Of a stretch of 57,584 bases of DNA, positions 28,616 to 35,762 are shown piece after piece. The notes below the pieces were generated by a model. It did not search any database. It had not been told where the DNA came from and saw only the letters and a list, made by a program, of their open reading frames with translations. Each line of letters starts with the position of its first letter. Positions within the stretch are counted from its first letter, which is position 1. This stretch comes from Lentisphaeria bacterium (lineage in GTDB: Bacteria > Verrucomicrobiota > Lentisphaeria > Oligosphaerales > Oligosphaeraceae): NCBI GenBank assembly GCA_016303095.1, contig JAEDMH010000001.1, forward strand, positions 1 to 57,584, given 5' to 3'. Made by a program: the position numbers and the translations under genes.

Positions 28616-28696
28616 GACACCCGTCCCTTCAGACGCCTATCTCCCTGGCCTTCTCTCCGGGACTTGCTTTCCTGGAGAGGGGGCGGGGACTGCCTT

Positions 28697-28730
28697 ACGC
28701 CCCTTCAGGCTCATCCTGTGGGGCGTTTTT
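28697..28730 (+). terminator. Terminator-like hairpin plus T5 between rplO and secY
   Basis: ACGCCCC (28697-28703) pairs with GGGGCGT (28720-26), with a 16-nt loop. The T5 run at 28726-30 starts with the last base of the stem. Confidence 0.4.
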
Positions 28731-29043
28731 CCCCCAGTGTTTCCCCCTCTGATCTGAGAAAACCGTTTTGAGAACGGCCCTCGTCCCCTCTCCTCCGTCT
28801 CTCTTCTTTATGGACGGAGGGGGGAAACGTTTGCCTTCCCTTGGTGGGGAGAAGCCTCTTCTGACAGGGAAGAGGAGACCCATTTCCCTTGAATTTCCCG
28901 TTTCTCCTGGGAAAACGACTCCCTGACGGGTATATTGAGGGCTTCGGGACGGACAGCTCCGCCCCCCTTTTCCTTTCTCTCCCTTTCCTGGAGAGTGGGA
29001 TTTCCTTTGCGTTCCGTCATTCACGTTCCTGAAAGATTCTGCC

Positions 29044-30423
29044 ATGCTCTCCGCCTATCTGAATTGCTTTAAGATTCCGGAATTGAGAAAGCGCCTCTTC
29101 TTCACCTTCGCCATGATTGCGCTGGTGCAGCTGGCGGCCGCCATCCCCTGTCCGGGGATTGATCCCGCCCGCTTGAAGGAGCTCTTCGGCAATCTGAACA
29201 GCGATGCGGGCGCCTCGGGCATCATGGGCATGCTGAATCTTTTCAGCGGCGGAGCCATGGAGAAGTTTGCCATTGGCGCCTTGGGCATCATGCCCTACAT
29301 CTCCGCTTCCATCATTCTTCAGCTCATGACTCCCGTCATTCCTGCCCTGAGCAAGATGACCCGGGAAGGAGAGAGTGGAATGCAGCAATACAATTTCATC
29401 ATGCGCTTGTTGACGGTGGGCGTGGCCATTGTCCAGGGCGTGATGTTCTCCATGGCCATGATGGAACCCTCCCGGGTGGGCCTGGGAAATGTCTCCGTGG
29501 TGTCCAATCCCGGCGCGGGCTTCATCCTGCAAACGGTCATCATCCTTACGGGCGGCTCCATGTTCATCACCTGGCTGGGGGAGATGGTGACAGAGCGGGG
29601 CGTGGGAAATGGCGCCTCTCTCATCATCACCGTGAATATCGTGGCGAGAATCCCCAGCGCCCTGGTGAGTCTCTATCAAATGGTCTTCATGGGCAGCGCC
29701 ACCGGAGAAAGCCAGCTGACCATTCTCCATCTCCTGATCCTGGTTGTCCTCTTTGTTGCGGTGACGGTGGGCGCCATCGTCCTCACGGAAGGCATGCGGA
29801 AGATTCCCGTGCGCTATGCCCAGCAGCGCTCCATGGGATTCCTGGGCCGCTCCACCGGGGTGCAGACGACCTATCTCCCTCTCCGGGTCAACTACGCCAA
29901 CGTGATGCCCATCATCTTCGCCGGCGCCATCCTTTCCTTTGTGGAAATGGGAATCCGCTATCTCCCCTTGAATGGGGTCACCCAGTGGATCAGCACCAAG
30001 TTGGCCTATGGCTCCCCCAGCTATCTGGTGATCTACGCCGCCCTCCTTCTCCTCTTCTCCTTCTTCTGGGTGGCCAACCAGTTCAACCCTATCCAGATCG
30101 CCGATGATTTCCAGAAGAACAACGGCTACATCCCCGGCATCCGCCCCGGCAAGCCCACCAGCGATTTCCTGGATCACGCCATGACCCGCATTACCCTGGC
30201 CGGCGCCATCGGCTTGCTGATCCTGGCCATCCTGCCTATGGTTCTGGCTACCTCTTTCCTGAAAATCCCCCATACCATCGCCCAGTTCTTCGGCGGCACC
30301 AGCCTCCTCATCATTGTGGGCGTGATGTTGGATACCATGCGGCAGATCCAAACCTACCTCATCAGCCGCAACTATGATGGATTCCTCTCCAAGGGAATCC
30401 TCCGGAACGGACGGACGATGTAG
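29044..30423 (+). CDS. secY: Preprotein translocase subunit SecY
   Basis: 459 aa and 10 TM helices. IPELRKRLFFT, GIMPYISASII, GGTSLLI and VGVMLDT motifs. Confidence 0.95.
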   Translation: MLSAYLNCFKIPELRKRLFFTFAMIALVQLAAAIPCPGIDPARLKELFGNLNSDAGASGIMGMLNLFSGGAMEKFAIGALGIMPYISASIILQLMTPVIPALSKMTREGESGMQQYNFIMRLLTVGVAIVQGVMFSMAMMEPSRVGLGNVSVVSNPGAGFILQTVIILTGGSMFITWLGEMVTERGVGNGASLIITVNIVARIPSALVSLYQMVFMGSATGESQLTILHLLILVVLFVAVTVGAIVLTEGMRKIPVRYAQQRSMGFLGRSTGVQTTYLPLRVNYANVMPIIFAGAILSFVEMGIRYLPLNGVTQWISTKLAYGSPSYLVIYAALLLLFSFFWVANQFNPIQIADDFQKNNGYIPGIRPGKPTSDFLDHAMTRITLAGAIGLLILAILPMVLATSFLKIPHTIAQFFGGTSLLIIVGVMLDTMRQIQTYLISRNYDGFLSKGILRNGRTM

Positions 30424-30454
30424 ACCCACGGCCCATCCCCCAACGAGCTTTCAA

Positions 30455-30493
30455 GGGCGGACATGCTCCAGCATGCCCGCCCTTCTTTTTTTT
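30455..30493 (+). terminator. Strong rho-independent terminator after secY
   Basis: GGGCGGACATGC (30455-66) pairs with GCATGCCCGCCC (30471-82): 12 bp, one mismatch, 4-nt loop. It is followed by TTC plus a T8 run (30486-93). Confidence 0.8.
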
Positions 30494-30585
30494 CAGGGAC
30501 ATGGATATCTCAGGATTCCCGCTCCTCCCAACGGCAAGAAAAATGATTCCCTACGCCGCATGGATAGGAGATCGATATGCAATTC

Positions 30586-30689
30586 GCTGAAAACGCATGA
30601 AAAGGAAAGAACAATCTTGATTTCTTAAAAAATTTTTCTATAATACCCTTGTTCCGCTTCGGATTTTCCCGTTGCCCATCTTTCTCTCC
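30586..30689. repeat. Promoter/5'UTR cassette, copy 1 (~104 nt, AT-rich)
   Basis: Aligns without gaps to 31631..31734 with only a few substitutions (gctgaaaaYgca..ggaaagaacaatcttgatttcttaaaa..ttctataata..gttccgcttYggattttcccgttgcccatctttctctcc). Confidence 0.8.
30617..30644 (+). promoter_or_regulatory. Near-consensus sigma70-type promoter TTGATT-N16-TATAAT driving paralog P1
   Basis: TTGATT at 30617-22 and TATAAT at 30639-44, separated by an AT-rich spacer. GAAGGAG RBS at 30692-98 lies 5 nt before ATG 30704. Confidence 0.55.
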
Positions 30690-30703
30690 CTGAAGGAGCA
30701 TTG

Positions 30704-31621
30704 ATGTCCATGAGGCCGGTTCTTTGTCTTTCCCTTCTTTGTTGCTTCCTGTTTCTGGGTGGTGCCGAAGAGGACTACCGTGCCCATTTGGAGAAGGCCT
30801 TTGAGGTGATGGCCACTCGCACCATGGAGTATCAACACGCGGTGGGCATGGGGAAAGGGAGAAAGAAAGTGGTTTTCTACCAGATTCTTCAGGAGGGGAG
30901 GGCAGATGGTAGTGTTGTCCGCAGGGAGAGGAGACTTGGGCCGCTGGAAAAGACACCCCGGGAGAAGTTCCCTCTTGGGGCCTTTACTTTTGAATCCTAT
31001 TTCACGGACGAGGGATTTACCAAAGTGTATATCAGTCGAGAAAAACGAAGGGGAATACGGATGAAGCAATCGATTCCCCACCGGAGAATCCCTGCGGAAG
31101 CGAGAGTGTCGGGTCAGGTGGAACAACAGGGAGATGAGGCGTGCTGGAAGATTCAGGTGAAATGGCCGAAGGATGAATCGGGTGTGGAACGGAGGAGTGA
31201 ATATCTCGTTTCCCAGAGGGAATCTGTCCTTTATCGAGAAAGGGATTTTGATGGAAACGGACGTCTCCAGATGGAGGTAAAAAATGAGAATTTCAATTTC
31301 CATCCCCAGTCCTCACAGAAGGAATTTCGTCTCCCCCCATTGGATGAAATCCATTTTGCCAAGAATGCCCAGGAATTTTCAGAGATGTGTCAGAACGTGA
31401 CCTGGGAAATTGTCCAGGAGGCCATTCCGGAGTCCCGGGGAGGGACGAGAAAGAGCCCCTTGGCGAGGAAAGAGGGCTTTTCCCTTCGTTCCTGGCGACG
31501 CCTTCACCGTTCTCCCGTGCGGTCCGCTACCTGTGGCGTTCTGCTTCTGGCGGTGCTCTCCTTGGGCACCGCCCTGGCGCTGAAAAGTCGGAGTAAAAGG
31601 GGCGTATCGGTCGACCAATGA
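30704..31621 (+). CDS. Island paralog P1: signal peptide, ~230-aa periplasmic domain (LolA/RseB-like fold suspected), C-terminal TM helix and basic tail
   Basis: [21 protein letters not shown] signal. Family motifs YFTDEGFTKVYIS, ACWKI, RESVLYRERDFDGNG and NFNFHP..FRLPP. C-terminal [23 protein letters not shown]. Protein-level homology to four other ORFs in the island. Confidence 0.85.
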   Translation: MSMRPVLCLSLLCCFLFLGGAEEDYRAHLEKAFEVMATRTMEYQHAVGMGKGRKKVVFYQILQEGRADGSVVRRERRLGPLEKTPREKFPLGAFTFESYFTDEGFTKVYISREKRRGIRMKQSIPHRRIPAEARVSGQVEQQGDEACWKIQVKWPKDESGVERRSEYLVSQRESVLYRERDFDGNGRLQMEVKNENFNFHPQSSQKEFRLPPLDEIHFAKNAQEFSEMCQNVTWEIVQEAIPESRGGTRKSPLARKEGFSLRSWRRLHRSPVRSATCGVLLLAVLSLGTALALKSRSKRGVSVDQ

Positions 31622-31630
31622 GGGCCATTT

Positions 31631-31734
31631 GCTGAAAATGCAAAAAAAGGAAAGAACAATCTTGATTTCTTAAAATTTTTTTCTATAATACTTTTGTTCC
31701 GCTTTGGATTTTCCCGTTGCCCATCTTTCTCTCC
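31631..31734. repeat. Promoter/5'UTR cassette, copy 2
   Basis: Second copy of the 30586..30689 cassette, located upstream of the rhodanese-led operon. Confidence 0.8.
31662..31689 (+). promoter_or_regulatory. Near-consensus promoter TTGATT-N16-TATAAT driving the rhodanese-to-pseudopilin operon
   Basis: TTGATT at 31662-67 and TATAAT at 31684-89. Same geometry as copy 1. Confidence 0.55.
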
Positions 31735-31768
31735 TTCTTCGATGAGACAAGAGGTTAGGGAGGCAGAA

Positions 31769-32248
31769 ATGAAAATTCTACGGTGTCAGTCCATCCGAGA
31801 GTGCCTTTTGATTCTCCTCGTGGGAAGCCTTTGCCTGGGAAGTTTCTGGGACGGAGCGCAGGGGCGCAGGATGTCAGTGCCTAGGGAACGGCCTCGACAG
31901 AAGCAGGCGGACGCCATTGATCTTGTGGGGGTGCTGGGGTTGCTCCAGCAGTATGAGGATCGAGTGCTCCTGGTGGACGTGCGTCCCCGCCCGCAATATG
32001 AGACAGGACATATTCCTTACTCCTGCCCGGCCTATCCTCCCAGTTGCACCTGCGAACTGAGCCAGGAACTCTTGGAGCAGGGAAAGAAAGCGGATTTTGT
32101 GGTGGCGCTGGGGGTGCGGGGACAAGATTTTTCTCCTTTTCTCGCTCATTTCTCCCAGGAGGCTCGTTGCCCCGTGTTTCTTTACGAGGGAGGAATTTCC
32201 GAATGGAAGGGATGTGGCCTTCCTTGGGAGGGGGAGAAAGCAGAATGA
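31769..32248 (+). CDS. Exported rhodanese-homology-domain protein (no Cys in the expected catalytic loop)
   Basis: ATG 31769 after GAGGTTAGGGAGG. Signal/anchor CLLILLVGSLCLGSFW. Rhodanese blocks LLVDVRPRPQYETGHIP, FVVALGVRGQD and LYEGGISEW. The upstream TTG-start part of ORF 31694 is the duplicated noncoding cassette. Confidence 0.7.
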   Translation: MKILRCQSIRECLLILLVGSLCLGSFWDGAQGRRMSVPRERPRQKQADAIDLVGVLGLLQQYEDRVLLVDVRPRPQYETGHIPYSCPAYPPSCTCELSQELLEQGKKADFVVALGVRGQDFSPFLAHFSQEARCPVFLYEGGISEWKGCGLPWEGEKAE

Positions 32249-32667
32249 AACAGGGCCTCTTTCGCGGTGTGGCATGGGGACGCCGGGTGACTTGTCTCCT
32301 TTCTCTGCTGTTGCTTTTGAAGGGACCGGGACGCTTTGTGGAACTGGGGACGATCCTGGGCGCCTGGCCACTGGGGGCCTTGGCCTACATTCTTCTGGCC
32401 GGATACAGCGCCCTGTGGTGCGCCCGCCTGTGGTGCGGAACCCTTTCCCCGGGGGATAAGGGAGGAATGGCCTGCTCCCTGATCCTCTCCCTGTGTGTCC
32501 TGGCCATGGCCTTCGCTCCCTCTCTTCAGGCCTGCCACTGTGTTTCCTGGAATCCAGCTCAACTCTTCAGCCCCTACTGGAGATTTCTCCTGTGGTCAGG
32601 GTTGTGGCTAGGGGCAGAGATTCTTTCCTGCTGGTGGTTCACGCACAAAAAAGGAGATGTCCCATGA
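32245..32667 (+). CDS. Small 4-TM membrane protein with loop cysteines (MauE/DoxX-like or DsbB/VKOR-like, tentative)
   Basis: 140 aa with ATGA overlaps at both ends. Four hydrophobic helices. WCARLWC (CX4C) follows helix 2 and ACHC (CXC) follows helix 3. Pairing with a rhodanese is typical of MauE-family proteins. Confidence 0.6.
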   Translation: MKQGLFRGVAWGRRVTCLLSLLLLLKGPGRFVELGTILGAWPLGALAYILLAGYSALWCARLWCGTLSPGDKGGMACSLILSLCVLAMAFAPSLQACHCVSWNPAQLFSPYWRFLLWSGLWLGAEILSCWWFTHKKGDVP

Positions 32668-32897
32668 AACGAATCCTGCTTCTTCTTTCTTTTGTCCTGG
32701 TTGGAGTCTTGTTTCACCTCTTCTCCGAGGAAGTGGTCATTAGTTGCCAGGCACGGTGCTATGACCTTTACCAAGCGTATTACGAAGATTGCTGGGTCGC
32801 ATACTGGAATGACTGGGATGCGGCGCGGGACTGCGTGGATAAGATTGACGCAATGCGGGCGAAATGTGTGGCCAATTGTGAGCCAGAAGAGAATTAG
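32664..32897 (+). CDS. Small secreted six-cysteine protein A (CX3C-X10-C-X13-C-X10-CX3C)
   Basis: 77 aa. AAGGAG RBS 7 nt upstream and ATGA overlap with the preceding gene. Signal MKRILLLLSFVLVGVLFHLFS. The Cys scaffold is shared with ORF 38488..38754. Confidence 0.7.
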   Translation: MKRILLLLSFVLVGVLFHLFSEEVVISCQARCYDLYQAYYEDCWVAYWNDWDAARDCVDKIDAMRAKCVANCEPEEN

Positions 32898-32919
32898 CAG
32901 TTTTTACCCAGGAGCGTAG

Positions 32920-33797
32920 ATGTCCATGAGGCCGGTTCTTTGTCTTTCCCTTCTTTGTTGCTTCCTGTTTCTGGGTGGTGCCGAAGAGGACTACCGTGTC
33001 CATTTGGAGAAGGCCTTTGAGGTGATGGCCACCCGCACCATGGAGTATCGGGAACTGGTGGGGATGGGGAAGTGGGGAAGAAGCAAGATGAAGGTCTATC
33101 AATGTCAGAAGCCAGACGGACGCACCCTCCGGGTGGAGAAGGGATCGTGGAATGAGAAATGGGAACCCCGGGAGAAATTGCCTCCCGGGGTATCGGATAC
33201 TCACTTCTATTATACCGACGAGGGGTTTACCTACGTGTATGTCAGCCGGGAGAAGATTCGTGGCATCCGCATGAAGCAAGGAATCCCCCGAAAGAAGGTG
33301 GAGCCGGGGGACAAAATCACGGGCAAAACGGATGAGGAGGTGGACGGGTTCCCCTGCTGGATCATCCGGAGGGATAGGGGCAAGAAAGCCGAAGGGGCGG
33401 TGAAGGTGGAGGAATATGCCGTGGACAAGGAGAGTTTTGTCATTCGCCGGGAGCGTGCCTTCAATGAGAATGGAGGGCTGCTTATGGAACGGAAGCGAAT
33501 CAACTTTCTCTTCTCTCCTGTCTTTGAAGAGGGACTGTTTCAAGTGCCTCCCCTGGATGAAATCGCCTTTGCCAAAGATGCCTGGGAAGAGGTGGAACAT
33601 GTCAAGAAGTTCTCTTGGGAGATTGTCCAGGAGGCCATTCCGGAGTCCCAGGGAGGGACAAGAAAGAGCCCCCTAGCGAGGAAAGAGGGCTTTTTCCTTC
33701 GTTCCTGGCGACGCCTTCGCCGTTCTCCCGTGCGGGCCGCTACCTGTGGCGTTCTGCTTCTGGCGGTCCTCTCCCTGGGCACCGCCCTGGCGCTGAA
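32920..33797. repeat. 878-bp direct repeat, copy 1 (covers P2)
   Basis: Near-identical to 34848..35725 at an offset of 1928 bp. The encoded proteins are identical until about residue 250. Only a handful of substitutions were seen by eye. Confidence 0.85.
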
Positions 33798-33834
33798 AAG
33801 CCGAAGGAAAAGGGGCGTATCGGTCGACCAATGA
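32920..33834 (+). CDS. Island paralog P2
   Basis: The signal and first ~43 aa are almost identical to P1. Motifs [35 protein letters not shown] and NFLFSP..LFQVPP. C-terminal TM plus KSRRKR tail. AGGAG RBS. Confidence 0.85.
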   Translation: MSMRPVLCLSLLCCFLFLGGAEEDYRVHLEKAFEVMATRTMEYRELVGMGKWGRSKMKVYQCQKPDGRTLRVEKGSWNEKWEPREKLPPGVSDTHFYYTDEGFTYVYVSREKIRGIRMKQGIPRKKVEPGDKITGKTDEEVDGFPCWIIRRDRGKKAEGAVKVEEYAVDKESFVIRRERAFNENGGLLMERKRINFLFSPVFEEGLFQVPPLDEIAFAKDAWEEVEHVKKFSWEIVQEAIPESQGGTRKSPLARKEGFFLRSWRRLRRSPVRAATCGVLLLAVLSLGTALALKSRRKRGVSVDQ

Positions 33835-33981
33835 GTGCCAAGTTTCTTCTTGGCTCTGAGGAAAGATTCCTTTTTCGAGAATTTCTGTTGAGGCTTCAAA
33901 GTTTTTTGCATGGTTCATTTTCTTCTTCACCATTCGTGGACTGGTTTTTGCCCCTCATGGGGCATGAGAATCTGAAACATC

Positions 33982-34857
33982 ATGTCCTTTCTTCGCTGTC
34001 TATTTTGGTTTTTCCTGAGTGGGGGTGTTCTGATTGCCCAGGAGGATTTTGGGGCGCACCTGCGTCTTGCCTCTGAGGTGATGGCCACAGCCACCATGCG
34101 CTATACGCGGACGGTGCGCATGGGGATGCCTGGGGGGCGGGGAGAACTTTCCTATGATGTGATTCAGGAGATGCAGCCTCATGGCACCCTGTTTCGAAGA
34201 GAGGAGTTGATGCATGAAGGGCGTCTTCTCCGTCGGGAGTCCCTGCGGGGAATCCAGGAAATCCAGCGGATCTATTACACAGACCAAGGGGAAAGCATCG
34301 TCTTTATCTCCGCAAGGTCGGTGCGCACCATATGCACTCCCGAGGCGGTTCGCCGGCTGACGTTCACTTCCGAGAGTCAATTCTCGGGAAAGGAGATCAC
34401 CTATGCCGGAGTCCCCTGCTGGGAAATCCATCACACACTAAAATGGCAAGGCAAGTCCCTTCCCCGGGACTACATCGTGGAAAAGGAAAGTCATGTCATT
34501 CGACGAGAAAGGCTTCTGGATGAGGATGGCCGCATGCTCAGCGAAACGACGTACGGAAACTTCTCCTTTGCGCCTCAGGTCTCTCCAGGACTTTTTCAGC
34601 CTCCCGCTCCAGATGTCCTATTCTTTGCCCGAACTCCCGAGGAATTGGGAGAGGCCTATCGTGGAGTGACAGAAGCGCGCACTCAGGATTTTTTGAGTGA
34701 AAAGAGCCGGAATCTGCCACGTCCTGTGGTCAAAGGCAGGAGCCGAATTTCTGCCTTTTTGAGGGGGAGGGTGGTCTTGGTGGCGGGAAGTCTCCTTTGC
34801 TTCGTGGCAGCCGTCGTCTTGAAGGGACTTCGAAAAAAAAGGAGACAATGTCCATGA
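33982..34857 (+). CDS. Island paralog P3 (divergent)
   Basis: Signal MSFLRCLFWFFLSGGVLIA. Motifs YYTDQGESIVFIS, VPCWEI, KESHVIRRERLLDEDG and NFSFAP..LFQPP. C-terminal TM plus LRKKRR tail. Overlaps the P4 start by 10 nt. Confidence 0.8.
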   Translation: MSFLRCLFWFFLSGGVLIAQEDFGAHLRLASEVMATATMRYTRTVRMGMPGGRGELSYDVIQEMQPHGTLFRREELMHEGRLLRRESLRGIQEIQRIYYTDQGESIVFISARSVRTICTPEAVRRLTFTSESQFSGKEITYAGVPCWEIHHTLKWQGKSLPRDYIVEKESHVIRRERLLDEDGRMLSETTYGNFSFAPQVSPGLFQPPAPDVLFFARTPEELGEAYRGVTEARTQDFLSEKSRNLPRPVVKGRSRISAFLRGRVVLVAGSLLCFVAAVVLKGLRKKRRQCP

Positions 34858-35725
34858 GACCGGTTCTTTGTCTTTCCCTTCTTTGTTGCTTCCTGTTTCT
34901 GGGTGGTGCCGAAGAGGACTACCGTGTCCATTTGGAGAAGGCCTTTGAGGTGATGGCCACCCGCACCATGGAGTATCGGGAACTGGTGGGGATGGGGAAG
35001 TGGGGAAGAAGCAAGATGAAGGTCTATCAATGTCAGAAGCCAGACGGACGCACCCTCCGGGTGGAGAAGGGATCGTGGAATGAGAAATGGGAACCCCGGG
35101 AGAAATTGCCTCCCGGGGTATCGGATACTCACTTCTATTATACCGACGAGGGGTTTACCTACGTGTATGTCAGCCGGGAGAAGATTCGTGGCATCCGCAT
35201 GAAGCAAGGAATCCCCCGAAAGAAGGTGGAGCCGGGGGACAAAATCACGGGCAAAACGGATGAGGAGGTGGACGGGTTCCCCTGCTGGATCATCCGGAGG
35301 GATAGGGGCAAGAAAGCCGAAGGGGCGGTGAAGGTGGAGGAATATGCCGTGGACAAGGAGAGTTTTGTCATTCGCCGGGAGCGTGCCTTCAATGAGAATG
35401 GAGGGCTGCTTATGGAACGGAAGCGAATCAACTTTCTCTTCTCTCCTGTCTTTGAAGAGGGACTGTTTCAAGTGCCTCCCCTGGATGAAATCGCCTTTGC
35501 CAAAGATGCCTGGGAAGAGGTGGAACATGTCAAGAAGTTCTCTTGGGAGATTGTCCAGGAGGCCATTCCGGAGTCCCAGGGAGGGACGAGACAGAGCCCC
35601 CTAGCGAGGAAAGAGGGCTTTTTCCTTCGTTCCTGGCACCGCCTTCGCCGTTCTCCCGTGCGGGCCGCTACCTGCGGCGTTCTGCTTCTGGCGGTCCTCT
35701 CCCTGGGCACCGCCCTGGCGCTGAA
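34848..35725. repeat. 878-bp direct repeat, copy 2 (covers P4)
   Basis: See 32920..33797. Confidence 0.85.
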
Positions 35726-35762
35726 GATGGGGAAGAGAAAAGAAAACCAGGAGGTCCTATGA
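34848..35762 (+). CDS. Island paralog P4 (near-copy of P2 with a different extreme C-terminus)
   Basis: ATG 34848 after a GGAG RBS. Translation matches P2 apart from a few residues, plus a tail of [13 protein letters not shown] in place of LKSRRKRGVSVDQ. Confidence 0.85.
   Translation: MSMRPVLCLSLLCCFLFLGGAEEDYRVHLEKAFEVMATRTMEYRELVGMGKWGRSKMKVYQCQKPDGRTLRVEKGSWNEKWEPREKLPPGVSDTHFYYTDEGFTYVYVSREKIRGIRMKQGIPRKKVEPGDKITGKTDEEVDGFPCWIIRRDRGKKAEGAVKVEEYAVDKESFVIRRERAFNENGGLLMERKRINFLFSPVFEEGLFQVPPLDEIAFAKDAWEEVEHVKKFSWEIVQEAIPESQGGTRQSPLARKEGFFLRSWHRLRRSPVRAATCGVLLLAVLSLGTALALKMGKRKENQEVL

Noticed and set aside
31694-31768. TTG-start N-terminal extension of the rhodanese ORF (MFRFGFSRCPSFSPSS...).
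   Set aside because: The same nucleotide sequence is the noncoding leader of the duplicated promoter cassette upstream of P1. A good RBS and ATG lie at 31769.
30704-35762. Diversity-generating retroelement or shufflon as the explanation for the conserved-ends / variable-centre paralogs.
   Set aside because: The window contains no reverse transcriptase, no template repeat with adenine-specific mismatches, no invertase or recombinase, and no inverted sfx-like sites.
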